DNA of 49,694 bases, from assembly GCA_008369845.1 (NCBI GenBank), contig MRSU01009051.1, positions 1 to 49,694 on the forward strand, written 5' to 3'. Shown here piece after piece: positions 19,161 to 29,477 of this stretch. A model generated the notes under the pieces. That model had not been told where the DNA came from, made no database searches, and saw nothing but the letters and a program-made list of their open reading frames with translations. How positions within the stretch are numbered: position 1 is the stretch's first letter; every line of letters starts with the position of its first letter. This DNA is from Trichomonas gallinae. Its lineage: Eukaryota. The translations under genes were made by a program, and so were the position numbers.

Positions 19161-20552
19161 ATGAACTACAAATTCGAGAACATTCAAGAATCATTGAAAA
19201 GTCTTTTTTCAACAAACCAAATAGATAGCACGTACAACGAACCACAATGGGATATAAACATACCCGAAAATTTTAAAGAAATTAAGGAAAATATTACATT
19301 CTATATTCAGTGTATCATTAATAACGATAATTTAGCAATTTCCTTGGGATACGTCAATGCTTATTTAATGCTGGCTAAAGTAATTCCTTCAGATTTCGAA
19401 ATTGAAGAATTGAAATGTGCACTATATGCTATTTATAAAGATGATAATAGGCTTCATGCAGAAAAAACTGATGCAATACTTATGCTTGCGCGTTTATGGT
19501 ACTACGCAAAAACAAATTCTAACAGCATTTGGATTGATGCAGAATACGCGTTTGAATTGGCAAAAGCAGCAATAATGTTTGATCGTAGTATCATGGTATA
19601 TGTTTATTTTGCACTTTCGAACTATATTTTTCTTGACCATGAATTTGTTGAACGAATTTTTGCAGAAGGATCAGAGATATTCAAGAGTTTTATAAGATAT
19701 ATACGCTCATACACAGAAGCGATACATTTGCAGGCAGGATTAACTTTTTTAAATCGATTATTGCAATTTGAAAATGAAAACTTTTATATGATGATGAGCG
19801 AGGTTATTCCGATTCTTCGCGCACATATAAGACACAAAAATGATCGTATTCGTTCTCTTTCACTTCGCTGTTTGCATAAATTGTTAGAATTTCCACCAAC
19901 TTGTGAAATTGCAATAGGAAATGGTGTACAACAGCAGGTTATGCTTTATGTGAAAGAAGTTCCGCTAGATTTCGTTCCTGAGCTTTTTGATGTAATTTTC
20001 GATTTCTTGAATTCTCCTGCTCGTGAAGTTTTTGTAAATGTGGAGTTCGTTGATTCTCTTATATTGATTCTCGAAAGATGCGCAACAGGAGATATTCCAG
20101 ATGTTAAAATTGGAATGATTTTTGCAATTCTCACCAAATTTGAAGCGAATTATGAAGAGCTTTTGACTGATTTAGAAAAGAAAAACGTATTTTATCTTGC
20201 AATTGACATTATTATGAAGATGACTTCATTATATCGTATTTCTGCAGCAATTTTTATTGCTTATGGTTTAGATCATTGCCACATTAATGTAAGGCAGCAA
20301 CTTATTGATACATCACTAGTTTTTGAAGCACTTGCTTCATCGATTGGATTTATATCAAATCATGACTCTGCAATACTCATATTGAAAGTTATTTATCAGA
20401 TAATGCAGATAAACCCACAGAAATACATAGACTTATGTGATGAATATGATGTTGAAGATAATCTTCTCGAAAAGCAAGAAGACTGCGATGAAGAAACATC
20501 TAATCTCATTGATACAATACTGGATTTTATAGAATCCAACAAAGAAACCTAA
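19161..20552 (+). CDS. ARM-repeat-like helical protein
   Basis: Long helical ORF. VIPILRAHIRHKNDRIRSLSLRCLHKL and a C-terminus reminiscent of importin-alpha-type ARM ends. First ATG at 19161. Confidence 0.65.
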   Translation: MNYKFENIQESLKSLFSTNQIDSTYNEPQWDINIPENFKEIKENITFYIQCIINNDNLAISLGYVNAYLMLAKVIPSDFEIEELKCALYAIYKDDNRLHAEKTDAILMLARLWYYAKTNSNSIWIDAEYAFELAKAAIMFDRSIMVYVYFALSNYIFLDHEFVERIFAEGSEIFKSFIRYIRSYTEAIHLQAGLTFLNRLLQFENENFYMMMSEVIPILRAHIRHKNDRIRSLSLRCLHKLLEFPPTCEIAIGNGVQQQVMLYVKEVPLDFVPELFDVIFDFLNSPAREVFVNVEFVDSLILILERCATGDIPDVKIGMIFAILTKFEANYEELLTDLEKKNVFYLAIDIIMKMTSLYRISAAIFIAYGLDHCHINVRQQLIDTSLVFEALASSIGFISNHDSAILILKVIYQIMQINPQKYIDLCDEYDVEDNLLEKQEDCDEETSNLIDTILDFIESNKET

Positions 20553-21057
20553 AAGGATAATGTTTGTAAAAATCATTTAAATAGATAAATGTTGATTTTG
20601 CAAAAAATCTTACACAAGAGAGCTAACTTGCAACTAACAGCTTAACAATATGAAGAAGAATGTAAACTATTTATTTAGCTAAAGTTGATATAGAATTAAT
20701 GAAAACATGCAAGAGATTTTCTCATTAAAAAACAAAAATCGTTTAAACTCTATCAATTATAATTAAATGCTTCTAATTATCATAGACAAAGTGATTGAAA
20801 CAATAAAAAAGGAACATCAATAAATAAATTTGATATTTAAATAATGGTTTTATGAAAACCTTGTATTAGCAAAAAGGAAGATGGAAATGATTTTAAGTCA
20901 TTTTCTTGTTTTCTGTTAATCCATATCCACTTATATTTTAGAGATTACCTTTTATTAAAGTTTACATGTCAAAATTATGTTTTTACATGTCATGTAAACT
21001 TCAAGTAAAATTAAATTCGTCACGTTTATGACACTTTTTAATCAGATATCGTCAAAA

Positions 21058-22020
21058 ATGTTTACGAATCCAAACAATGACCCAAATCAACTCCCTACGC
21101 AAACAGCATTCTCACAACAGCGCATTGATGCATGGAGACCACTTTTAACTCCGACTGTTGTTGTTTCATCCTTAATAATTTTATCTTTAATTTTCTCCGG
21201 CTTCGGAGTTTATATTTATCTTCTCGCAAGAGAACAAGTTGAAGTGCAAGTTAGATACGACAATATTGTCTCCGCAAACAACTCAATCGTCGAAATAAAT
21301 GTTCCTAAACCAATGAAAGGAAACATTTGGCTCTTCTACAAGCTCACAAACTTCTACCAAAACCACAGGAGATACATGTACTCCAGATCAGCGAAGCAAT
21401 TGCGTGGAGAATATGTTGGATATTCGGCTCTCAAAACTGAATGCGAAATTTGGACATCCAGAAACGACAGCAGCGAGCCCGCTGATTGGTATTTGCCATG
21501 CGGAGCAATTGCACTCTCTTTCTTCAACGATACATACTCTTTTGTTAATAATTCGATCACTTTACTTGATGCCGGTATTTCATGGAGATCTGACAGAGAA
21601 AAGTTATTCAGGAAGTTGTCGCCTGATTACACAGAGGGAATTAAATGGCTTGAAGACATGAACGTAACATTTCCAAATGGACAAAGAAATGAACACTTCA
21701 TCGTCTGGATGAGAACTTCTTCCCTCCCAACATTCATCAAGCCATACGCGAGAAGCAATAACAGAACAATCGCCGCTGGAAAATATTATTTGAAGGTTGA
21801 AGATAATTATCCTGTTGATACTTTCCATGGCGAAAAATATATCATTCTTACATCACTTTCTCCATTTGGAGGACGCAATTTGATCTACGGCTATAGTTAT
21901 ATGGCTTTCGGCGGATTAATGTTCTTCTTTGCGGTTGTTATCATGATATCAAGATGTATATGCCCTAGAACACTCGGTGATACATCCTATATTATGGCAG
22001 ATCCCGAAAAATTCTATTAA
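21058..22020 (+). CDS. CDC50: CDC50/LEM3 family P4-ATPase beta-subunit
   Basis: AFSQQRIDAWRPLLTP, YKLTNFYQNHRRYMYSRS..QLRG, PCGAIALSFFNDTY, NEHFIVWMRTSSLPTF.K and FGGRN, with two TM helices. ATG at 21058 (AAAATG context); 21028 is an alternative. Confidence 0.95.
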   Translation: MFTNPNNDPNQLPTQTAFSQQRIDAWRPLLTPTVVVSSLIILSLIFSGFGVYIYLLAREQVEVQVRYDNIVSANNSIVEINVPKPMKGNIWLFYKLTNFYQNHRRYMYSRSAKQLRGEYVGYSALKTECEIWTSRNDSSEPADWYLPCGAIALSFFNDTYSFVNNSITLLDAGISWRSDREKLFRKLSPDYTEGIKWLEDMNVTFPNGQRNEHFIVWMRTSSLPTFIKPYARSNNRTIAAGKYYLKVEDNYPVDTFHGEKYIILTSLSPFGGRNLIYGYSYMAFGGLMFFFAVVIMISRCICPRTLGDTSYIMADPEKFY

Positions 22021-22582
22021 TTTTTCATATTTTATAAATCTATCGTTTGTTTCATTCTAAAATACTACTATAAGTTTTTCACCTGCAAATTCTGTCATCT
22101 CGTTGATATTTAATTGATATTTTTACAAACATTAATTAAACATCATCTAAAACAATTGATCCTTATTTTTATTCGCTACACACATAGCATTCATCTATGT
22201 TAAATTGTCTGAAAAATGTAGTCGATAAAATATATTTTATATTAATCAAATGCAGCCACTTAAAAGAATGTGTTTGTGGCAAAATGGAATACAGCATAGG
22301 AAATAGCTATTATTTAGAAATGAGTGAAGAATAATTAGAATTATATTTCGAAAGATTAATCAAAGCTTTGCTTAATATTCATATTTTTCGCTTAAATAAT
22401 CAAATAACAGTAGATTTCATTGTAAATCAATAATATACTTGCTATAATGTAAAAATATGATATTTGAAGGTCAATATAGAGAATATTGGCTGTTTGGCTG
22501 TACTAAATCATGATACCAAGTGATTCGAGTTTATTTAAAAAGGTTTTCTCGTAGATTTTAGAATCTGTCACAGTAAAATATT

Positions 22583-22602
22583 GTCACTTTTTAGAACCGT
22601 TA
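22583..22602 (+). promoter_or_regulatory. Inr/reverse-M2 (GTCACTTT) followed by an M3-like Myb element (AACCGTTA)
   Basis: GTCACTTT at 22583-22590 and AACCGTTA at 22595-22602, just upstream of the cyclophilin ATG 22612. Confidence 0.5.
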
Positions 22603-22611
22603 TTTTAAAAT

Positions 22612-23133
22612 ATGGCGACTACAAACCCACGTGTTTGGTTCGATATTTCTATTGACGGTGCAGCCGCGGGTCGCATTGTCATCGAACTTTTCGCGGATAA
22701 AGTCCCAAAGACAGCAGAAAATTTCAGAATGTTATGCACTGGAGAAAAAGGCGTTGGACGTTCTGGTGCTAAGCTCCATTACAAAGGATGCAAATTCCAC
22801 CGTATTATTCCACACTTCTTAATCCAATCAGGCGATTTTATTTCAAATGATGGTACATCGAATGAAAGTGTCTACGGACAAAAATTTGAAGATGAGAACT
22901 TTTCAATTAGACACACAGAGCCATATATCGTTTCTATGGCTAACAGTGGCCGCAATACAAATGGTGGCCAGTTTTTCATTACATTAGTTAAAGCACCATG
23001 GCTTGATTTCCGCCACGTTGCTTTCGGAAAAGTTATCGAAGGTACAGATATTGTTGAACTTATCCAGGCTGCTGGTTCTAGTAACGGTGCTCCAAAGCAA
23101 AATATTGTTATCTCTGATTGTGGTGAGATTTAA
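22612..23133 (+). CDS. Cyclophilin-type peptidyl-prolyl isomerase (divergent-loop type)
   Basis: [54 protein letters not shown] and DCGE, with the loop insertion GRSGAKLH. Confidence 0.97.
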   Translation: MATTNPRVWFDISIDGAAAGRIVIELFADKVPKTAENFRMLCTGEKGVGRSGAKLHYKGCKFHRIIPHFLIQSGDFISNDGTSNESVYGQKFEDENFSIRHTEPYIVSMANSGRNTNGGQFFITLVKAPWLDFRHVAFGKVIEGTDIVELIQAAGSSNGAPKQNIVISDCGEI

Positions 23134-23341
23134 ACGTTTTTGATCTGATATCTTTAATAATTATAGCATTTTGACAATCATTCAATCGAAATATATTCAT
23201 TCAAATTTTAATTTCTTTCATGTCATTAATATAATCATCTAGTTTCCTTTATCTAGGTCTAAAAATAAAAGTCCTGCGCGAATTTCATCATTTCGAAAAA
23301 AAATTAAGATATATTTGAAATTATATATATTACTAACATCT

Positions 23342-24244
23342 TTATTTTTTATTGTTGTTTCCGGTCTCATAATTAAGAACAAGTTCAAAGGAATAAGAAG
23401 GTAATCCAATGAATGGTTGAATTGTTAACATATTGACGTTAATATTATCTGTAATTTTTGTAGAAATTAATGCTTTGACTTTATCTTTCTGTAATACTGC
23501 TGTTGTTTCAATCTTTGGATCACTGTATCCTAATAATTGAAGAGGTTTAATAGCAGCACCAATACTTGGTCCGAATGCTTGCATATAGTTAAATAAGAAT
23601 GTGTATTTTGGCTGTCTTAACTGTAAATCAAAATGATAACTAAATTGCTGAGCGTTATAGATGACTCCTGCTGATGCATTTAAGTTGTCAGACTTGTAAC
23701 TTGTAGCAACAACAGCATTTGAGATTACACGCTGTGTCCCAAATTTGTATGTTAAATATGCACCGGCAAGGAAGCGAGCTGGGAGTTGGAAGAAAGTAAA
23801 TATAGTTTGCTGATCTTGTAAGTGGAATCCAGCCCATAGAACTTTTTTATAACAGTAGCAAGAACCCATTCCTGGATTTTCACCAATTCTTAAATCATTT
23901 GTAACATCGCCAAATCTTGCTGGTAATGTTGTTTGGAAAGTTATAGCATTTGATTCAAGTGATAATCTTGTGTTTGCAGTTTTTGATAATTTGAATGAAA
24001 GTCTATTTACTTGATCGCAAAGCTCAGCTTTAACGTGTCCATCATTTATAACTATTGATTCGGTTGAATTGTTGTTAATTGGCCCGTATAAAATAGTTGG
24101 AATTAATTTTCCTTTTGTTGAGTAGCAAGCAGTAAAATAATCTGTTTTGATAACAAGATGATCTTTTTTGGATCCTGCTGTAACAATTTTAGGAACAGTT
24201 ATAATTTTCCTAATGCGATATATTTTTCTCCCAGCGGACCTCAT
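23342..24244 (-). CDS. Hypothetical beta-strand-rich protein; candidate Tom40/VDAC-like organellar beta-barrel
   Basis: About 300 aa with no long hydrophobic helix, many alternating amphipathic strands (FSYHFDLQLR, YTFLFNY, VKALISTKI), and a final strand SYSFELVLNY resembling a beta-signal. ATG at 24244. Confidence 0.45.
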   Translation of the reverse strand: MRSAGRKIYRIRKIITVPKIVTAGSKKDHLVIKTDYFTACYSTKGKLIPTILYGPINNNSTESIVINDGHVKAELCDQVNRLSFKLSKTANTRLSLESNAITFQTTLPARFGDVTNDLRIGENPGMGSCYCYKKVLWAGFHLQDQQTIFTFFQLPARFLAGAYLTYKFGTQRVISNAVVATSYKSDNLNASAGVIYNAQQFSYHFDLQLRQPKYTFLFNYMQAFGPSIGAAIKPLQLLGYSDPKIETTAVLQKDKVKALISTKITDNINVNMLTIQPFIGLPSYSFELVLNYETGNNNKK

Positions 24245-24443
24245 TATAAAATGTGACATTTCAAAGGTGACATTAAAGGTGACAATATCGAAAAGTGCCA
24301 ATAAATATTACAACAAATCAAAAGTGACAATAAATGTGACAAATTTTAAAAGTGACAAGAATTGAAAGTTAAAAATGTGACAGCATCAAAAGTATCAATA
24401 AATGTGACAAATATTAAAAGTGACAGCGAATAACTTAGAGAGA
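24245..24443. promoter_or_regulatory. Bidirectional promoter with a GTGACA array and an internal 41-bp direct repeat
   Basis: GTGACA at 24253, 24267, 24279, 24324, 24336, 24352, 24377, 24404 and 24420. 24317-24357 matches 24385-24425 at 38 of 41 positions. Confidence 0.8.
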
Positions 24444-25181
24444 ATGGCTTCCGTATATATTTCTTCGATTACGTGGCCAGAATCATCGATAATTAAAATT
24501 CAGACAGCTGATGGATGCCAGATGTGTCTTCATAAACCATTTTTGAAACATAGATGGCCGATGTATAACCAAAATCCAGAGCTTGCGCTTGAAACTGCTC
24601 AGTCTTTAAACAAAGATGCGCTTCAGGCTCTCCTTTTATTCATTTACAGTAATCTTCCAGCCAAACTTTCATATGTACAGATTTTTCAGCGCTGTGGATT
24701 AACAAATCCAGCAAGTTTACAAGACTCAACATTCACAGATGATATGAGGAATATGATGAATGATCCAGAAACATACGATTTCACTCTTCATGCTGCTGAA
24801 GATGGAAAATTTGTTGGCTGTCATCGTCCAGTGCTTGCTGCACGCTCCAAATACTTCAAAGCATTGTTTATATCAAACTCATTAGAGAATGAAACATCAG
24901 AATGGAGATGTGCAAAACCAATTCCATATCGTACTCTGCAATTCTTCGTTGAATACCTCTACACGGGACAAATTACTAGCCCTGAAATTCCACATATTAT
25001 ACCACTTTGTTGGCTCGTTAGATATCTTCGTTTATCAAATGAAAATGAAATCGAAAATATAGTTATATCAGTACTTTCTCGTGAGCTTAATAACGATAAT
25101 GTTGATGTTATTTCAAAAATTGCAGATGAATGGAATGTAAGATGTGTAAAGGGACTTGTAGTCAAGCATTATTCCAAATAA
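24444..25181 (+). CDS. BTB/POZ domain protein (degenerate N-terminal BTB plus C-terminal BTB)
   Basis: DFTLHA..FVGCHRPVLAARSKYFKALF and FFVEYLYTGQI, plus N-terminal LHKPFLKHRW..ALLLFIYS. ATG at 24444. Confidence 0.88.
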   Translation: MASVYISSITWPESSIIKIQTADGCQMCLHKPFLKHRWPMYNQNPELALETAQSLNKDALQALLLFIYSNLPAKLSYVQIFQRCGLTNPASLQDSTFTDDMRNMMNDPETYDFTLHAAEDGKFVGCHRPVLAARSKYFKALFISNSLENETSEWRCAKPIPYRTLQFFVEYLYTGQITSPEIPHIIPLCWLVRYLRLSNENEIENIVISVLSRELNNDNVDVISKIADEWNVRCVKGLVVKHYSK

Positions 25182-25716
25182 TTAAACTAATTAGCTTGTA
25201 GATGTTGAAATAAAATTGTAGATTGTTATAATATTTAATTCATTTTCTAATATATTTGAACAACAATTGCTTCAAAACAATATAAGAATATGTAGTAGTC
25301 AAAAAGAAAATATAAATGTTTGATGGTGGGGTTATTATCTTTTATTTGATAACAAATTTCAAAATTTCAATAATTTCTATTAAACAAGCATGAATGTATA
25401 TGCATAAGTTTAAAATATGAATATTGGATGCGTATTTGCTCGGTTAATTTAGGATTTTATTGTTTCATAATTTAGATCTGAGGAAATTGGAACCAGAATC
25501 TCGAGCATTATTCGTTTTATGGATGATACTATTGTTTTATCGGCAGTAAAATGTTCTGTAGCGTTAAATATTTTGAAATGCGTTATAAATATTCATATAA
25601 ATCCCCGATTTCAATTCCATTAGGTTATTTTGCTAAAATGAAGCTTGTTTATTGTTAAAAAAAAAACGATTTTTATTTTTTGGAATTTTGTAAAATTCTG
25701 TACGTTAAGAAAATCA

Positions 25717-26187
25717 ATGGCAGATTGCGATTCCGCCCAGCTGATCCTCGAGTTCGATCAGGAGGCAGCAGCTCGAAAAGAGGTGATAATAAAGAACATG
25801 GAGGCCGCAAAGAATAACATGATCAACGCTCTGGAGCTTTCTTTATTATCGATTCCGGAGGCAGTGAGGAAGATGCCAATGAAAAAGTTAGTGGAAGAGT
25901 TCGGTGGAGACATACAGAAGGCAGCTTGCTCATTAGTTCCTAAATCATCTTCGAAGACACCAACAAAACATTCAAACACTCCAAAGAAGTCGCCAAAGAA
26001 CGCTTTATATCAAAACGCTTCTCTTACTGATCTATTGAACCAGAAAGCGCAAATGGTACAAAAATCTAATACAAGGAAGACTCCAACTAAAGGAATGCTT
26101 CCACCAAGGATTCCAACTCCTAACAAGAGACCAAAAACACCTACAAGATCCCCTCTTACGCCTCGCAGAATAGAATTGAAAGCTTAA
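25717..26187 (+). CDS. Borealin/Nbl1 N-terminal-domain protein (chromosomal passenger complex candidate)
   Basis: LILEFDQEAAARKEVI..LELSLLSIPEAVRKMPMKKLVEEFGGDI resembles Borealin/Nbl1 (FLKDFDREVE.R..IEILRLPKALREMNW..FALGG). Basic tail with multiple [ST]P-x-[KR] sites. ATG at 25717. Confidence 0.7.
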   Translation: MADCDSAQLILEFDQEAAARKEVIIKNMEAAKNNMINALELSLLSIPEAVRKMPMKKLVEEFGGDIQKAACSLVPKSSSKTPTKHSNTPKKSPKNALYQNASLTDLLNQKAQMVQKSNTRKTPTKGMLPPRIPTPNKRPKTPTRSPLTPRRIELKA

Positions 26188-26572
26188 TTTATGCGAAACT
26201 GTTTAATTTATACTATTTACCTCAACATGTGAACGAATACTTTACAACCATATATTAGCATTAATGTTAAAAGCCTAATATATTTTTATCAAATATAATT
26301 TTGATCTTTTTTCACTCTTTTTCCCTCAAAATCTACAAATACTGACTCTAAATTATATAATTCAAAATTCATATCTAATAATTGGTAAAAAATCTGATTT
26401 TGACTTAGCTTTTTGGTTATTTGGATAGTGAAATGCAAATAGTGTTTAAAATCAAATACTTTATTATATTTTAAAAATCAAAATTACATAAAAATCAAAT
26501 AAAAATCTCAGATTTTTATTGTAATTTTTAAAAAATATAAAAATTGGAGGACGCAAAAAAATTCTTCATATT

Positions 26573-29311
26573 ATGGATTCACGAATTGCTGAACTTTCTC
26601 TTGCTATTTTTCAGGCTACATCACAAGAAGAACGCGCAGCTGCAGAAATGGAGCTTGATGAGCTTGCAAAAACACCTGATTTCTATCAAATTTGTTTTAA
26701 TTTGATTGTTTCTCATCCAAATGATTCTGTGAGGCAAGAAGCCATGATTTTCGTCAGAACATACATGATTAAGTATAAGGAAATCATCCCACCCGAGTTA
26801 AAACAGTTTTGTTTCAATACTTTCATTCAAATCATTCCAAACTTGCATTTAAAGCATCTCTCTTACGCAGAAAAGATAGCAAACGACTGGGTGAAGCTGT
26901 TTTTCTTCGATAACATGATATGGACCGATTTACTTGACAAAATCGCACAACTTTCTACAGATCCAAACCTATTATTGCCTGCAGCGATGCTTGCCAAAGC
27001 TTTTTGCCGCGAAATCAAACGCAAACCAGTTAACGCAATTGAAGTTTACCAACACTTTACTTTGAATATTTTTCCGCAATTGTTTTCAATTCTTGAAACA
27101 CAGAATTTGAATACAACACAGATGCTTTTCCACTGTTCTAGTCGTCTTTTAATGACAAGTGAAGCATCAGAACCAAAGAAAAAGATAAAAATGTTTATTC
27201 TCCCAATTGCTGAACAATTATATCCAATGTTGCAGCATCTTTACAACTACTCATCAATTCTCCTTAAGATACAGCCAACAGCTGAATATGAAAAGCTGGT
27301 GAATCAAATTTTGAAATTTTTATCTTCGTTTGTTTACGTTACAAAGGACAATCTCGATGAGCCAATACTCTCTCAGATCCTTTCATACTTACAAAGCGTG
27401 TTTGTTACTAAGCCATCCACGAAAACAATTGGAAAAGCTCTCGAATTGCTTTATTCTATTACTTTCAGGGCAAAGATTGCATCAGTTCTTGCAGATAACG
27501 CCATGTACTTCATTTCCGAAGTATTTGCTTCATTTTTCATTCTTCAACAAAATGAAATTGAACAAGCAGAAGAAGATCCAGCGCAATTCGTCCAAAATAT
27601 CGAGAAAGAAGGCCAGAACTGGAATGATCCACGCGCAAGTGTCGCATATATCATTGAAAAAGCAATATTATTAAAAATGGGACCAATTCATGAGGCATTA
27701 TACGCAATTCTCGGCAATGTTATATCAAACCCTGAATCTTCAGCACAGTTATTTGCCGTCTGTGACCTATTTTCTACAGTAGTTTTCAAGAATGATTCTC
27801 CAGAACTTGAAGAACTTATGCCAACACTATTAGCTTTAGCTGACAATGACGATTTTCTCATTAGAGCTGGCGCTTTCAAGATCCTTTCACGCGCTGCTGA
27901 CTGCCAATCAACAATTTCTGCTCTTGATACTTGTTTAAATCACATTTCCGACGATTCGTTGCTTGTAAGGTACTACGCATGCGTCGCTTTGGCGTTAATC
28001 TTCCACACACTCCATAAAAGCGAATCACGTGAAGAATTAGTTTCGCAATTACGCGAACACATTGGTCAAATTGTGGAAATATTCTTAAGCATTGGTGCAG
28101 AATTCCACAGCGATGCTATATCCAAGTCACTCATGGATATTCTCGAATTTTTCTCGACAGATGTTATTCCTTATGCTGTTTCCATCTCTCAGACATTGTT
28201 TGCATCATATATCGAAGAGGTCCAGCAAGCTGAACAGAGCGGAATCAGTGGATCTTCGCTTATTCCAGCTGCAATCAATACATTAATCGAATGCATGAAA
28301 GGAAATCCAAATAACACCGAGATGCTGAACGAGATATATGGATACAACCTCGAAGCCATCAACTCTTTGATAGGTCACGTTGACCTTGAAGAAAATTTCA
28401 GAATTGCATCGAGAATCGTTGACGCAGCATCAGTTTTTGTGCCTGATTATTGGAGAATATTGGAGTGCGTGTCCAATGACTTGCAAGCTGACCCGAATTT
28501 GATGCCAGATCAAGTCAGGCCTCTTCTTTCATATCTTATTGACAGAGACACAGACATAAACTCGCGTGGAGTTGTCCCTATGATAGTAGAGATCCTCAAG
28601 GGCTTCGTGGAGAGGGCGGAAGACGGAATGGGCGATATTTTGAACATCGCGGCTGGCCTGATATTGAGGACAGGCGATGTCGACAATATAATAGGCGCGT
28701 TCATGGAAAACATTTTGTCCGAGTTCAACGAAAACGGAATGCAGTACGACTGCGGAATCGACTCGATCGTCTCTGTCGTCATCTTCATCAGGGGCATCCA
28801 GGGGATGGATATATTCGGCGAGCACTCTCAGCCAATTCTCGAGGCGTGGTCTGACTGCGAGGAATTCCCGTTCAAACTCGCCGCCGTCGTCAACAAGATG
28901 AACGAGTTCATGCAGTTCGACGCGAACTTCTCTACAAGGGTTTTGGCTTCTACAGTCAAGATAGTCTACGAGCAGATAAACTACGACGAAGGCGGTGATG
29001 ACGACGACATTGTTTTCGGCGGAGAAGAAGAAGATCAAAATGAAAATGAAGAAAACAAACTCGATCAGCTCGACAGCGAGTTCTGCATAGAGAAGATCGG
29101 AGCTGGAATGTACGGATCATCAGATAAAATGACTGCATGGTTCAATCAGGCTGATTTGATTCGCAATTTCCAAGCATTATTGCAAAACATTTCCAACACT
29201 GGAATTCTTGATTCAGTCGCTCATATATATGAGCAGAATGAAGATACAAACTATCTTTCTTGCATTGATCAAATGAATGAATATGCAAATAAGATTTCTA
29301 AGAGCAAATAG
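26573..29311 (+). CDS. Importin-beta family karyopherin (importin-7/8-like)
   Basis: IBN_N-like start (ERAAAEMELDEL..VRQEAMIFVR..K), EEDPAQFV..DPRAS, LIRAGA, LLVRYYACVAL, and an acidic C-terminal loop. Confidence 0.85.
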   Translation: MDSRIAELSLAIFQATSQEERAAAEMELDELAKTPDFYQICFNLIVSHPNDSVRQEAMIFVRTYMIKYKEIIPPELKQFCFNTFIQIIPNLHLKHLSYAEKIANDWVKLFFFDNMIWTDLLDKIAQLSTDPNLLLPAAMLAKAFCREIKRKPVNAIEVYQHFTLNIFPQLFSILETQNLNTTQMLFHCSSRLLMTSEASEPKKKIKMFILPIAEQLYPMLQHLYNYSSILLKIQPTAEYEKLVNQILKFLSSFVYVTKDNLDEPILSQILSYLQSVFVTKPSTKTIGKALELLYSITFRAKIASVLADNAMYFISEVFASFFILQQNEIEQAEEDPAQFVQNIEKEGQNWNDPRASVAYIIEKAILLKMGPIHEALYAILGNVISNPESSAQLFAVCDLFSTVVFKNDSPELEELMPTLLALADNDDFLIRAGAFKILSRAADCQSTISALDTCLNHISDDSLLVRYYACVALALIFHTLHKSESREELVSQLREHIGQIVEIFLSIGAEFHSDAISKSLMDILEFFSTDVIPYAVSISQTLFASYIEEVQQAEQSGISGSSLIPAAINTLIECMKGNPNNTEMLNEIYGYNLEAINSLIGHVDLEENFRIASRIVDAASVFVPDYWRILECVSNDLQADPNLMPDQVRPLLSYLIDRDTDINSRGVVPMIVEILKGFVERAEDGMGDILNIAAGLILRTGDVDNIIGAFMENILSEFNENGMQYDCGIDSIVSVVIFIRGIQGMDIFGEHSQPILEAWSDCEEFPFKLAAVVNKMNEFMQFDANFSTRVLASTVKIVYEQINYDEGGDDDDIVFGGEEEDQNENEENKLDQLDSEFCIEKIGAGMYGSSDKMTAWFNQADLIRNFQALLQNISNTGILDSVAHIYEQNEDTNYLSCIDQMNEYANKISKSK

Positions 29312-29477
29312 AGTATATAAAGATTTTCTGTTTAATATACATAGAAGTAGCAATGATTTAAGAAATAATTTTAGCTAACAAAGAAATTTTTTATTAGAAA
29401 TACAATAATATATAATTTATAGCCATGAAAACATTCATAATATATAATGGGATGAAGCAAATAGTGAAACAAGTGAT

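Noticed and set aside
24245..24443. CRISPR-like repeat-spacer array
   Set aside because: The repeat core is only 6-8 bp with irregular 6-40 bp gaps, there are no cas genes, and the context is a eukaryotic promoter.
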